A stretch of DNA of 64,000 bases from an uncultured Methanosarcinales archaeon (GTDB lineage Archaea; Nanobdellota; Nanobdellia; Woesearchaeales; GW2011-AR9), in NCBI GenBank assembly GCA_964498285.1, contig CAZCGN010000001.1:444681-508680 (forward strand), given 5' to 3'. Both the position numbers and the translations under genes were made by a program. The notes under the pieces were generated by a model, which made no database searches, was not told where the DNA came from, and saw nothing but the letters and a program-made list of their open reading frames with translations. Shown one piece after another: positions 8,293 through 16,719 of the stretch (positions are counted from its first letter, which is position 1; every line of letters starts with the position of its first letter).

Positions 8293-10314
8293 ATGGAAGT
8301 TGATGAGCAAATCCGCCTTTTCAGGGAGTTTATTGAGCAACAGTATCACGCACAGCTCCTTGAAACCGTACGAAAAGGACACGAATCGATCGTGCTTGAT
8401 TTCTCAAAACTTCTTCAATTCAACTCAGAACTTGCTGAGGAAATTATTGAGCAACCAGAAGAACTTCTCAAAGCTGCTGAAATTGCAATCAAAGAGTTTG
8501 ATTTGCCAAAAAAGTTAGACAAATTCACAGTCAGATTACGAAATCTTCCTGAATCGTTAAAGATTGAAGTGAACGAAATACGCTCAAAACATCTTGAAAA
8601 ATTTATTTGGTGTGTTGGAATTGTTAGGCAAAAATCGAACGTAAGGCCACATGTAAGTAGGGCGAGGTTTGAATGCCCAAGTTGTGGGAATATTCTCAAC
8701 GTTCTGCAACTTGACAAAAAATACAAGGAACCAACCAGGTGTAGTTGTGGGAGAAAAGGAAAGTTCAAAGAGATTTCAAAAGAACTTGTTGATGGGCAGG
8801 GGATGGTTTTGGAAGAATCGCCAGATGATCTTGACGGTGGGGCACAACCAAAACGTATCAATGTATTTCTGAAAAGTGATCTTGTAAGCCCGATGTCTGA
8901 TAGGCGAACATCGCCGGGATCAAAAGTAAAAGTGTTTGGGTGGGTAACAGAAGTTCCAATCACACTGAAGTCCGGCGGTCAATCAACAAAGTACGATCTT
9001 ATTTTGGAAGCAAATTTCATTGAACCCATGGAAGATAATCCAAACGAGATGAAACTAACTGATGAAGAAATTGAAGAAATCAAAACTATTTCACAAAAAC
9101 CTAGCGTTCTTAATTACTTAGCAAACAACATTGCTCCATCAATTTACGGTCATGACAAAATCAAAGAAGCGCTCGTTCTACAACTTGTGGGCGGCGCGAG
9201 AAAAGAAAGGCCAGACGGGGTTGTTACAAGAGGAGATATGCACATCTTACTTATTGGTGACCCTGGCGCAGGAAAATCGCAGTTACTTAAACGTATCACG
9301 AAAGTTGCACCAAAAGCGCGTTTTACAAGTGGAAAGGGAGCGAGTGCAGCAGGACTTACGGCCTCGGTTGTAAAAGATGAATTCTTGGGCGGGTGGAGTC
9401 TTGAAGCCGGAACATTGGTTCTTGCAAACAAAGGCTTTGCTGTTATTGACGAGCTTGATAAAATGACCAAAGAAGATAGGTCTGCGCTGCATGAGGCAAT
9501 GGAGCAGCAAACTGTAAGCGTTTCAAAAGCAAATATTCAAGCAACCCTGCGTTGTGAAACTTCTTTGCTTGCAGCAGCAAACCCAAAGTTTGGACGGTTT
9601 GACCCGTACGATTTGATTGCGAATCAAATTAATCTCCCACCAACATTAATCAACCGATTTGATCTTATTTTTCCAGTAAAAGATCTGCCAAGTCCTGAGC
9701 GTGATGAAGCAACCGCCGCGTTCATTCTAGCACTGCACCAATCCCCCGAAAAAGCTGCTGCAGAAATGACATCGGAATTCCAACGAAAATATTATTCATA
9801 CGTACGGAAACAAAACCCAAAACTTACACAAGAAGCAATTAATGAAATAAAACAATATTACATTTCAATGCGTAATTCTGGGTCTGCCGATGATAGTGGG
9901 ATTAAATCAATTCCAATTACAGCGCGGCAACTTGAGGCACTTGTGAGGCTTGCTGAGGCTGCTGCAAAAATCCGTCTATCGCCAGTTGTTGCAAAAGAGG
10001 ATGCGCGAAAGGGGATAGAACTTATCGACTATACGTTAAACCAGATTGCAAAAGATGCAGAAACTGGAAGAATTGATATTGACCGAATCAGTAGTAAGAT
10101 CACTGCGTCCGAGAGAAGTAAGATTAGTATTGTAAAAGAGCTCATTGGAAAAATTGAGGAGGAAAGTGGGCAAAAAATTGTTCCTGTTGAACAGCTTGTT
10201 GCAATCGCGCAAGAAAAAAACATTTCTGAAGATGCTGTTGATGAAATACTAAACAAGCTGCGTCGATCCGGGGACATCTTCGAGCCACGTAAAGGGTTTA
10301 TCCAACGACTCTAG
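8293..10314 (+). CDS. mcm: MCM replicative helicase
   Basis: Zn finger CPSCG...CSCG. Walker A LIGDPGAGKSQLL. Walker B VIDELDKM. Arginine finger region. 673 aa, no intein. Confidence 0.95.
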   Translation: MEVDEQIRLFREFIEQQYHAQLLETVRKGHESIVLDFSKLLQFNSELAEEIIEQPEELLKAAEIAIKEFDLPKKLDKFTVRLRNLPESLKIEVNEIRSKHLEKFIWCVGIVRQKSNVRPHVSRARFECPSCGNILNVLQLDKKYKEPTRCSCGRKGKFKEISKELVDGQGMVLEESPDDLDGGAQPKRINVFLKSDLVSPMSDRRTSPGSKVKVFGWVTEVPITLKSGGQSTKYDLILEANFIEPMEDNPNEMKLTDEEIEEIKTISQKPSVLNYLANNIAPSIYGHDKIKEALVLQLVGGARKERPDGVVTRGDMHILLIGDPGAGKSQLLKRITKVAPKARFTSGKGASAAGLTASVVKDEFLGGWSLEAGTLVLANKGFAVIDELDKMTKEDRSALHEAMEQQTVSVSKANIQATLRCETSLLAAANPKFGRFDPYDLIANQINLPPTLINRFDLIFPVKDLPSPERDEATAAFILALHQSPEKAAAEMTSEFQRKYYSYVRKQNPKLTQEAINEIKQYYISMRNSGSADDSGIKSIPITARQLEALVRLAEAAAKIRLSPVVAKEDARKGIELIDYTLNQIAKDAETGRIDIDRISSKITASERSKISIVKELIGKIEEESGQKIVPVEQLVAIAQEKNISEDAVDEILNKLRRSGDIFEPRKGFIQRL

Positions 10315-10326
10315 ATACAATAAACA

Positions 10327-11034
10327 ATGGTAGAAAAAACACAATTCAAAAGGCATGTTGCACAGAAAGTTTCGCTTGCAACAATCACGTCTGGAACCCA
10401 CATTAAAGAAGCTGAAGATGCGCCGAATTTCTTGCTCACACAAGAAAATAAAAAAGTGTATCGTATCAACGTAATGGGAATTATTATTAGTATTGAAAAA
10501 ACAGGGTCCATTACTTCAATGCTTCTGGATGATTCAACTGATGTTATGACATTACGATTTTTTGAAGAAAGTAGTAAGATTAATGCAATCTCCGTTGGAA
10601 GTTCTGTTCTTATTGTAGGAAAAGTACGAACATATAATGGATCAATGTATGTAACTCCCGAAATTATTAAAGAAATTGATCCTGCTTGGCTTAAAGTTCG
10701 AGCACATGAACTTAAGGAACTAAAAAATCAAGCGCCGACATTGGAAAGTCCAAAACCCTCTGTTTCCACTCCAGAAAACGTATCGAAAGTAGAACCTGCT
10801 ACAAAGGAATTGGAAGTTGAAGATTTTACACAGGAGGCAGGCACACAGCAAAGCGATTTGCTTCCAGAAGAGATTCTTATTGACCTTATTCGCACGCTTG
10901 ATACCGGCGAGGGGGTTGCCATTGAAGACATTATTGAAAAATCAACCATTAATAATGCAGAAGATATTATTCAACGTCTTATTGCAAACGGCGAAATTTT
11001 TAACAATCTTCCAGGAAAAGTGAAGGTTCTTTAA
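10327..11034 (+). CDS. OB-fold ssDNA-binding protein with a C-terminal winged helix (RPA32/RPA2-like)
   Basis: Central OB-fold-like region YRINVMGIIISIEK...VGKVRTYNGSMYV. C-terminal wH-like GEGVAIEDIIEKSTINNAEDIIQRLIANGEIF. Located 13 nt downstream of mcm. Confidence 0.45.
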   Translation: MVEKTQFKRHVAQKVSLATITSGTHIKEAEDAPNFLLTQENKKVYRINVMGIIISIEKTGSITSMLLDDSTDVMTLRFFEESSKINAISVGSSVLIVGKVRTYNGSMYVTPEIIKEIDPAWLKVRAHELKELKNQAPTLESPKPSVSTPENVSKVEPATKELEVEDFTQEAGTQQSDLLPEEILIDLIRTLDTGEGVAIEDIIEKSTINNAEDIIQRLIANGEIFNNLPGKVKVL

Positions 11035-11888
11035 ACACCATAATACCCAGAAAAAAGTACAGGTGTTATATACACTTCAACAAGTGCTGCAAATAAAAGA
11101 ATACCTAAGCTTATGAACACTAGGTCTAATGAATCGTACAACACTCGTTCATTTTCTAGGTTGTGTCGTATAACTGCAACCGAAATTATAGAGCCTGCAA
11201 GGCCCGCAACAAAATACGCTGCAATTTCAATTATTCCATGGGTCATATACCTCATAAAACTAAATGCTCCTATACTAAAATAATTAGCAAGAGTAGCTAA
11301 GCCAAATCCCGAGCTTAGTGCTGCAATTTTTGTTTTTATAAGATTCCCAACCGCCGTTGCAACTACTGAAGCATTCCAGGTAAGAATAAAAATTGCGCCC
11401 ATTCCATACAAAAAAGAAAAGACGAGACAAAAGAACAGGACTTTAAGGTTGTTAAGGAAAATTGCCTTAAACAAACTAAAGGATGTAACTCCCCCAGAGA
11501 CACTATTGTTTATATCTTGAATAGCACTTGCCTGAATTTGAAATATACTTTCAACCATGGAATTTGGTAAAAGAATGTATGCTAAAATAAGACCAATAAG
11601 AATGCCTAAAAATAAGTAAAGAAAAAATATGATAACTTTGCTGTGTTCTTTGAGAATTTTCCACTCACTCTCAAGCTTTAAGTCAATCTCCTCTTCTTTC
11701 TTAATAACATTATACAATAAAGGTAATGATGCAAATATAATAAAAAAGATCATGAGAAGGCCAGAAAATTCACGAAACACAAGAAATGAAATAAAAAGAG
11801 CGATCCAAGAATATAATAATCCTACAAAAAACATTTCCCATGGGCGTTTTTTCATAGCAAACGGATTAAATAAAGATTCAAGAACCAT
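11031..11888 (-). CDS. Polytopic membrane protein, SpoIIM-like (DUF95)
   Basis: Multiple TM helices and an HGIIEIAAY motif typical of the SpoIIM family. Confidence 0.45.
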   Translation of the reverse strand: MVLESLFNPFAMKKRPWEMFFVGLLYSWIALFISFLVFREFSGLLMIFFIIFASLPLLYNVIKKEEEIDLKLESEWKILKEHSKVIIFFLYLFLGILIGLILAYILLPNSMVESIFQIQASAIQDINNSVSGGVTSFSLFKAIFLNNLKVLFFCLVFSFLYGMGAIFILTWNASVVATAVGNLIKTKIAALSSGFGLATLANYFSIGAFSFMRYMTHGIIEIAAYFVAGLAGSIISVAVIRHNLENERVLYDSLDLVFISLGILLFAALVEVYITPVLFSGYYGV

Positions 11889-12001
11889 ATATTTAGAACT
11901 CGCTTTGGAGTATTTAAATATTTTTGTGTGTGGCGTAATATATTTACATTAAAAATCTCTTTTATCTTAATAGAATGATAAGATAAGATAAAAGAGACCA
12001 A

Positions 12002-12022
12002 CCCCTTGATTTCCTATGGAAA
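12002..12022 (+). repeat. ORB-like origin recognition box, copy 1
   Basis: ccccttgatttcctatggaaa. Its inverted partner lies at 12694-12714. Confidence 0.55.
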
Positions 12023-12693
12023 ATGTATTTAACAAAAATTCAGGTCTGGTTTTTTCTCTTTGTTTGCTCTATTATCTAGTTACCTAAATAGATTGGTTGG
12101 TATTTTCCCTCATTCCTTGAAATTAAATTGAGTTTATCCAAAATTTCTTGTGGAGAGTTGTTAAATGTAATTTTCAAAGAAAACTACGGCATTCCTGTTT
12201 TGAGAAGAGGGAGATTGTATATAATATGTATTTAGTTGTTATAATATATTATATGAAATAAAAAATGTGTTTTTTCTCTACGACAAATCTTTTTCTGGAT
12301 TAAAGAATTCTCTGTTTTGTTTCTTCTTTTCGCTTTCTTTATTATTATATTTACTATATTGTAAATAAATATATATAATATAAGATTAAATCTAATAATA
12401 ATAATAATAAAAAGTTAAAAAAACAAAAATAAGCTTTGATTGGAGAAAGAAGAAGAAAACACCAAGAATTCAACACTTCTCAAAACCTCAAAAAAAGAAA
12501 ACAAGAAAAAAGTGCAGTTAACATACGAATCAATTATTTTAGGAGCAAGATATCTGCTTAAGAATGCTAACTCTGTAATATCTATCTTCCAACCAACGGC
12601 CTTCCAAACAAGTATCTTTATTAATGTAAGGGACGATAAGAAAATGTATTATTGAAGCGAAATAAAAGAACACCAAAAAATTTAAATTAAGAG

Positions 12694-12714
12694 TTTCCAC
12701 AAGAAATCAAGGGG
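12694..12714 (-). repeat. ORB-like origin recognition box, copy 2 (inverted)
   Basis: Reverse complement is ccccttgatttcttgtggaaa. Lies 14 nt upstream of the orc1/cdc6 ATG. Confidence 0.55.
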
Positions 12715-12727
12715 TAGGTGGTACAAG

Positions 12728-13930
12728 ATGGCTATAACACAATTTTTTCAGAACTTTTTAAAGAAAGAGTCTATATTTAGTGATAAACAATTTCTTCTTT
12801 CAAATTATATTCCATCAGAAGTCCTCTTTCGCGAACATCTAATCCAAGAAGTTGCTAATATTCTTGCACCTGCGCTGAGAGTTGAGAGGCCATCTAATGT
12901 ATTATTATATGGAAAAACAGGAACGGGCAAAACACTTTCAATGAAATATGTCCTCAAATCTATGCAGGAAATTGCAGAAAACAACAAAATACCTCTTAAA
13001 ACAATTTACCTTAATTGTAAACTCAAAAAAGTTGCAGATACTGAATACCGGCTTATTGCACAATTAGTAAAGGAGTTTGGAAAAGAGGTTCCTACAACGG
13101 GTCTTCCAACAGATGAGGTGTATAACATTTTCTACTCCCTTATTGATAAGGAAAAAAAAGTAATTTTGCTCGTGTTAGATGAAATCGACCAACTTACAAA
13201 AAAGATTGGGGATGAAATTCTCTATAACTTAACCCGAATTAATTCGGAACTGAAGAATGCCCAAATTGGAATAATTGGTATTTCAAATAATCTGGTGTTT
13301 GCAGAAAATTTGGATCCAAGAGTAAAGTCCTCGTTAAGCGAGGAAGAGCTCATATTTCCGTCATATAATGCCATTCAAATTCAAGACATTTTACGATCAC
13401 GCGCATCATTAGCTTTCAAAGAAGAAGCAATCACCCCCGGTTTAATTGAAAAATGTGCTGCGTACGCAGCACGAGAACATGGCGATGTTCGAAGGGCAAT
13501 TGATCTACTTCGGGTGGCAGGAGAGCTTGCTGAGCGTTCAGGTTCGCCCATAATTGAAGTAGGATATTTAGATGAAGCAAACAGTAAGATAGAATCAGAT
13601 AAAATAGTAAACACTGTTGTTGGGCAGCCAAAACAATTTCAGACGGTTCTGTACTCTATTCTGCTTCTCTCACCTGAAAAAAGAGTTATTTTTACAGGCG
13701 AAATTTACGAATTGTATCAAAAGATCTGTAAAAAGGTAGGATATAATGTTCTTACACAACGCAGAATTTCCGATATTTTAGCAGAGTTTGACATGTTAGG
13801 GATCATTAATGCTAAAATAATTTCGAAAGGGAGGTATGGAAGAACAAGAGAAGTTTCTGTCGGGCTTGCAACAACGCTTCAAACAAAACTTCGAGAGATA
13901 ATCGAAAAATCAATACAACTTCAAACATAA
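12728..13930 (+). CDS. cdc6: Orc1/Cdc6 replication initiator
   Basis: Walker A LLYGKTGTGKT. Walker B LVLDEID. C-terminal winged helix. 400 aa. Confidence 0.95.
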   Translation: MAITQFFQNFLKKESIFSDKQFLLSNYIPSEVLFREHLIQEVANILAPALRVERPSNVLLYGKTGTGKTLSMKYVLKSMQEIAENNKIPLKTIYLNCKLKKVADTEYRLIAQLVKEFGKEVPTTGLPTDEVYNIFYSLIDKEKKVILLVLDEIDQLTKKIGDEILYNLTRINSELKNAQIGIIGISNNLVFAENLDPRVKSSLSEEELIFPSYNAIQIQDILRSRASLAFKEEAITPGLIEKCAAYAAREHGDVRRAIDLLRVAGELAERSGSPIIEVGYLDEANSKIESDKIVNTVVGQPKQFQTVLYSILLLSPEKRVIFTGEIYELYQKICKKVGYNVLTQRRISDILAEFDMLGIINAKIISKGRYGRTREVSVGLATTLQTKLREIIEKSIQLQT

Positions 13931-15637
13931 ATGATGGATACTGAAACACAAGACTTGGTTGAAAAGCTCTTTGAGAAGGGGGTACTAGTAAGCAAAGATA
14001 TGATCGAAAAAGGGTTAAGCCAAGATTTACTCTCAAAGCTCGAAGAAGAAGAAGATTTGATTGTGCTTAACAACGATTATACTAAACTTTTAGAAGAAGG
14101 TTCTTTCATGGTTGATTGGTATGAGATTGATACCCATCGCGTGGCGTTTGAAAAGGATAAAAATGAAGAGGAATTATACCAATCACATTTGCAGGATATT
14201 CAAAAAACGCTTGTGAGCATTACACATTCATCAGAAGAAAAACAAGAAGAGCAAATAGAAAGTTCGTTAGTTGAGCAAAGTGCAAGTGAGAAATTTGAAA
14301 AAGAAGTTATATCTGCCAAAGAGGCATCCATCATAAACGCTGAAGGGGACCTTGAACTGCTTGAAAAACTTCGTGAAGAACTTGAGTTCGAAGTAAAAGT
14401 TTCATACGAAACCATCTCACAGAAATATACAATCAAACATTTTTCAGACATCTTTTACTCTCGCTACAAGTTTATTGAATCAATCATCCGTTCTAGGCCA
14501 GAGATTAAAGATCTTACAAGTATTAGCCGAGTTCTTGCCAAAAAAGATAAAGAGAAGGTTAATGTTATCGGACTTGTCTTTGAAATTGCCGAAACTCGAA
14601 ACGGAAACATAATTTTAACGCTCGAAGATCCAACTGGCCACATAAAAGTTCTTATCCCTAAAAGAAACAAAGAGTTACTTAGCGAAGCAAAAGATCTCGT
14701 GTTTGATGAAGTGATAGGCATTGTTGGAACTTCAGGGGACGGCATCATTTTTGCAGACAAAATTGTGTGGCCAGATGTTCCAAACGATAAGAAACTCAAA
14801 AAAGCGCCAAAAGAAGAATATGCAATTTTCCTCTCAGATATTCATGTTGGCTCAACCTACTTTTTAGCAGAAGGATTTGACAAATTTCTTAAGTGGGTGA
14901 AGGGTGATGCAGGGTCAGATGATCAAAAGGCGCTTGCAGCAAAAGTAAAATACATCTTTATTGCTGGGGATTTGGTGGACGGAATAGGAATTTATCCTGG
15001 CCAAGAGCAGGAACTTACCATAACAACAGTTGAAGGACAGTACAGTGAATTTACTCGTCTCATTAAACAGATACCCCAAGACAAACAAATATTTATTTGC
15101 CCAGGAAACCATGATATGGTTCATTTAGCAGAGCCGCAGCCGGTGTTTTACAAGGAATATACACAAGAGTTACATGCAATGAACAATGTCACGCTTGTAA
15201 GCAATCCTTCAGTCATCAGCATTGCAAAAACAGACACGTTCGAGGGGATACAAGTGTTGATGTACCACGGGTATAGTTTTGATTTTTATGTAGCAAACGT
15301 TGATAGTATTCGAAATAATGGTGGATACCGTAGGGCCGATTTAATCATGGAATTTTTGCTGAAAAGGCGGCATCTAGCACCGACATTCAAATCGACACCC
15401 TATTTGCCCGCATACAAAGAGGACCCCTTGCTTATTCGAACCGTTCCGGACATATTCTTGACAGGACATATCCATTATTCAGCGGTTGCCAACTATAAGG
15501 GCGTTACTAATTTGAGTGGAAGCTGTTGGCAGGCATGTACCAATTTTCAAGAGCGTTTGGGCCATGAACCTGAGCCAGGAAGAGTGCCGTTAATCAATTT
15601 AAAAACGCGAGAAATTAAAGTGTTGAAATTCGTATGA
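13931..15637 (+). CDS. dp1: DNA polymerase II (PolD) small subunit DP1
   Basis: Calcineurin-like phosphoesterase motifs LSDIHVGS, IAGDLVDG and GNHD. N-terminal region plus OB-fold domain. ATG abuts the cdc6 stop. Confidence 0.9.
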   Translation: MMDTETQDLVEKLFEKGVLVSKDMIEKGLSQDLLSKLEEEEDLIVLNNDYTKLLEEGSFMVDWYEIDTHRVAFEKDKNEEELYQSHLQDIQKTLVSITHSSEEKQEEQIESSLVEQSASEKFEKEVISAKEASIINAEGDLELLEKLREELEFEVKVSYETISQKYTIKHFSDIFYSRYKFIESIIRSRPEIKDLTSISRVLAKKDKEKVNVIGLVFEIAETRNGNIILTLEDPTGHIKVLIPKRNKELLSEAKDLVFDEVIGIVGTSGDGIIFADKIVWPDVPNDKKLKKAPKEEYAIFLSDIHVGSTYFLAEGFDKFLKWVKGDAGSDDQKALAAKVKYIFIAGDLVDGIGIYPGQEQELTITTVEGQYSEFTRLIKQIPQDKQIFICPGNHDMVHLAEPQPVFYKEYTQELHAMNNVTLVSNPSVISIAKTDTFEGIQVLMYHGYSFDFYVANVDSIRNNGGYRRADLIMEFLLKRRHLAPTFKSTPYLPAYKEDPLLIRTVPDIFLTGHIHYSAVANYKGVTNLSGSCWQACTNFQERLGHEPEPGRVPLINLKTREIKVLKFV

Positions 15638-15647
15638 GGCGAAGAAA

Positions 15648-16709
15648 ATGAAAGAAATTGAAGTTAAAGCAAGGCTTACAAACAAGGCAAAAGTAATCCA
15701 AAAATTGATCGAAAAGGGATGCGTTCTTACAAATCCAATAACCCAACACGACCAAATTTTTTTCCATGACTCAATTAAAACATATAAAGATATTATGCCT
15801 GGAACAAATGTGTTTCGCATACGCAACCAAGATGGTAAAGCCATCTTTAACCTCAAAAAGCCGCAAGAAAATGAACTTTCTTGCATTGAACATGAAACGG
15901 TTGTCGATTCTGCCAAGCATGTTGAAGCAATGCTCAAATATCTTCAGTACAGGTGTCTTGTCGAATTTAGTAAAACGAGGCAAAAAACAAAACTGAACAA
16001 TGTTGAAATCTGCATTGATGAAGTGAGCTCTCTTGGCTCTTTTATTGAAGTTGAGAAGATGGCAGAAAATGAGACAGACACTAATATTGTCCAAGAGGAG
16101 TTGTTCCAGGTTCTTGAATCGTTAGGAGTTAGGCGAGAAGATAGGGTTCATCAAGGCTATGACACCATGACATATTATAAGAATAATCCTGCACAGAACG
16201 TCGAGTACCTTGATATTGTAGATAAAGAGGATAGGGTTGTTGCACAAAAAACTAAAGATGAAAAGTTCGAGCAAGAATTAACCTCTCGAAACGTTGCAGT
16301 TTTTCTACAAGATGCTCAAGGCAATCTTTTGATCACAAAACGTGCAGCAAATAAACGAAGTTTTCCTAACTGTTATGATTTAGCAGCATGTGGCCACGTA
16401 ATATCCGGCGAGAACTATGTTCAGGCAGCTTTACGTGAACTTAAAGAAGAGCTAGGGGTTGAATGTGAAATTATGCCACTCACAAAGATGTACAATGAAT
16501 TTGAAGAAAAAGGAAAAACACTTTCATATTTCACGGGAATTTTTCTTGGGACCTATAATGGAGATGTATCCCTTAATCACGAGTTAACTGAAATGAAAAA
16601 GATGACCATTAAGGAAATTGAAGATGCAATAACAGAAAATAAGGAGCAATTCACACCAGGATTTATCACAGACTTTAATGAAGTAAAACACCATCTAGTG
16701 TTTCAATAA
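15648..16709 (+). CDS. CYTH-domain (triphosphate tunnel) :: Nudix hydrolase fusion protein
   Basis: N-terminal EIEVKARL (ExExK CYTH signature). C-terminal Nudix box GHVISGENYVQAALRELKEELGVE. 353 aa, positioned between dp1 and dp2. Confidence 0.6.
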   Translation: MKEIEVKARLTNKAKVIQKLIEKGCVLTNPITQHDQIFFHDSIKTYKDIMPGTNVFRIRNQDGKAIFNLKKPQENELSCIEHETVVDSAKHVEAMLKYLQYRCLVEFSKTRQKTKLNNVEICIDEVSSLGSFIEVEKMAENETDTNIVQEELFQVLESLGVRREDRVHQGYDTMTYYKNNPAQNVEYLDIVDKEDRVVAQKTKDEKFEQELTSRNVAVFLQDAQGNLLITKRAANKRSFPNCYDLAACGHVISGENYVQAALRELKEELGVECEIMPLTKMYNEFEEKGKTLSYFTGIFLGTYNGDVSLNHELTEMKKMTIKEIEDAITENKEQFTPGFITDFNEVKHHLVFQ

Positions 16710-16719
16710 AACTAAACAA

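Larger units (their letters stand above)
11995..12720. other. Candidate chromosomal replication origin (oriC). An AT-rich unwinding region is flanked by inverted ORB-like repeats, directly upstream of orc1/cdc6
   Basis: ccccttgatttcctatggaaa (12002-12022) is matched, inverted, by tttccacaagaaatcaagggg (12694-12714), 19 of 21 positions. A partial copy tttcttgtggag lies at 12143-12156. The interval 12225-12420 is more than 85% AT and includes (AAT)n at 12393-12413. Confidence 0.6.

Noticed and set aside
8415-8963. 182-aa antisense ORF inside mcm. Similar long antisense frames occur inside the ABC exporter (35192-35686), PCNA (50658-51365) and the GC-rich block (2995-3468)
   Set aside because: Each is fully embedded opposite a strongly supported gene and has no motifs. 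The GC-rich islands in particular throw off long spurious antisense frames.
12393-12413. (AAT)6-7 microsatellite
   Set aside because: A short simple-sequence run within the origin's DNA-unwinding element. Not reported as a separate repeat feature.
12440-12655. 71-aa ORF inside the cdc6 upstream region
   Set aside because: It sits within the AT-rich origin between the ORB elements and has low-complexity Lys/Glu content typical of random ORFs in AT-rich DNA. It is treated as part of oriC.
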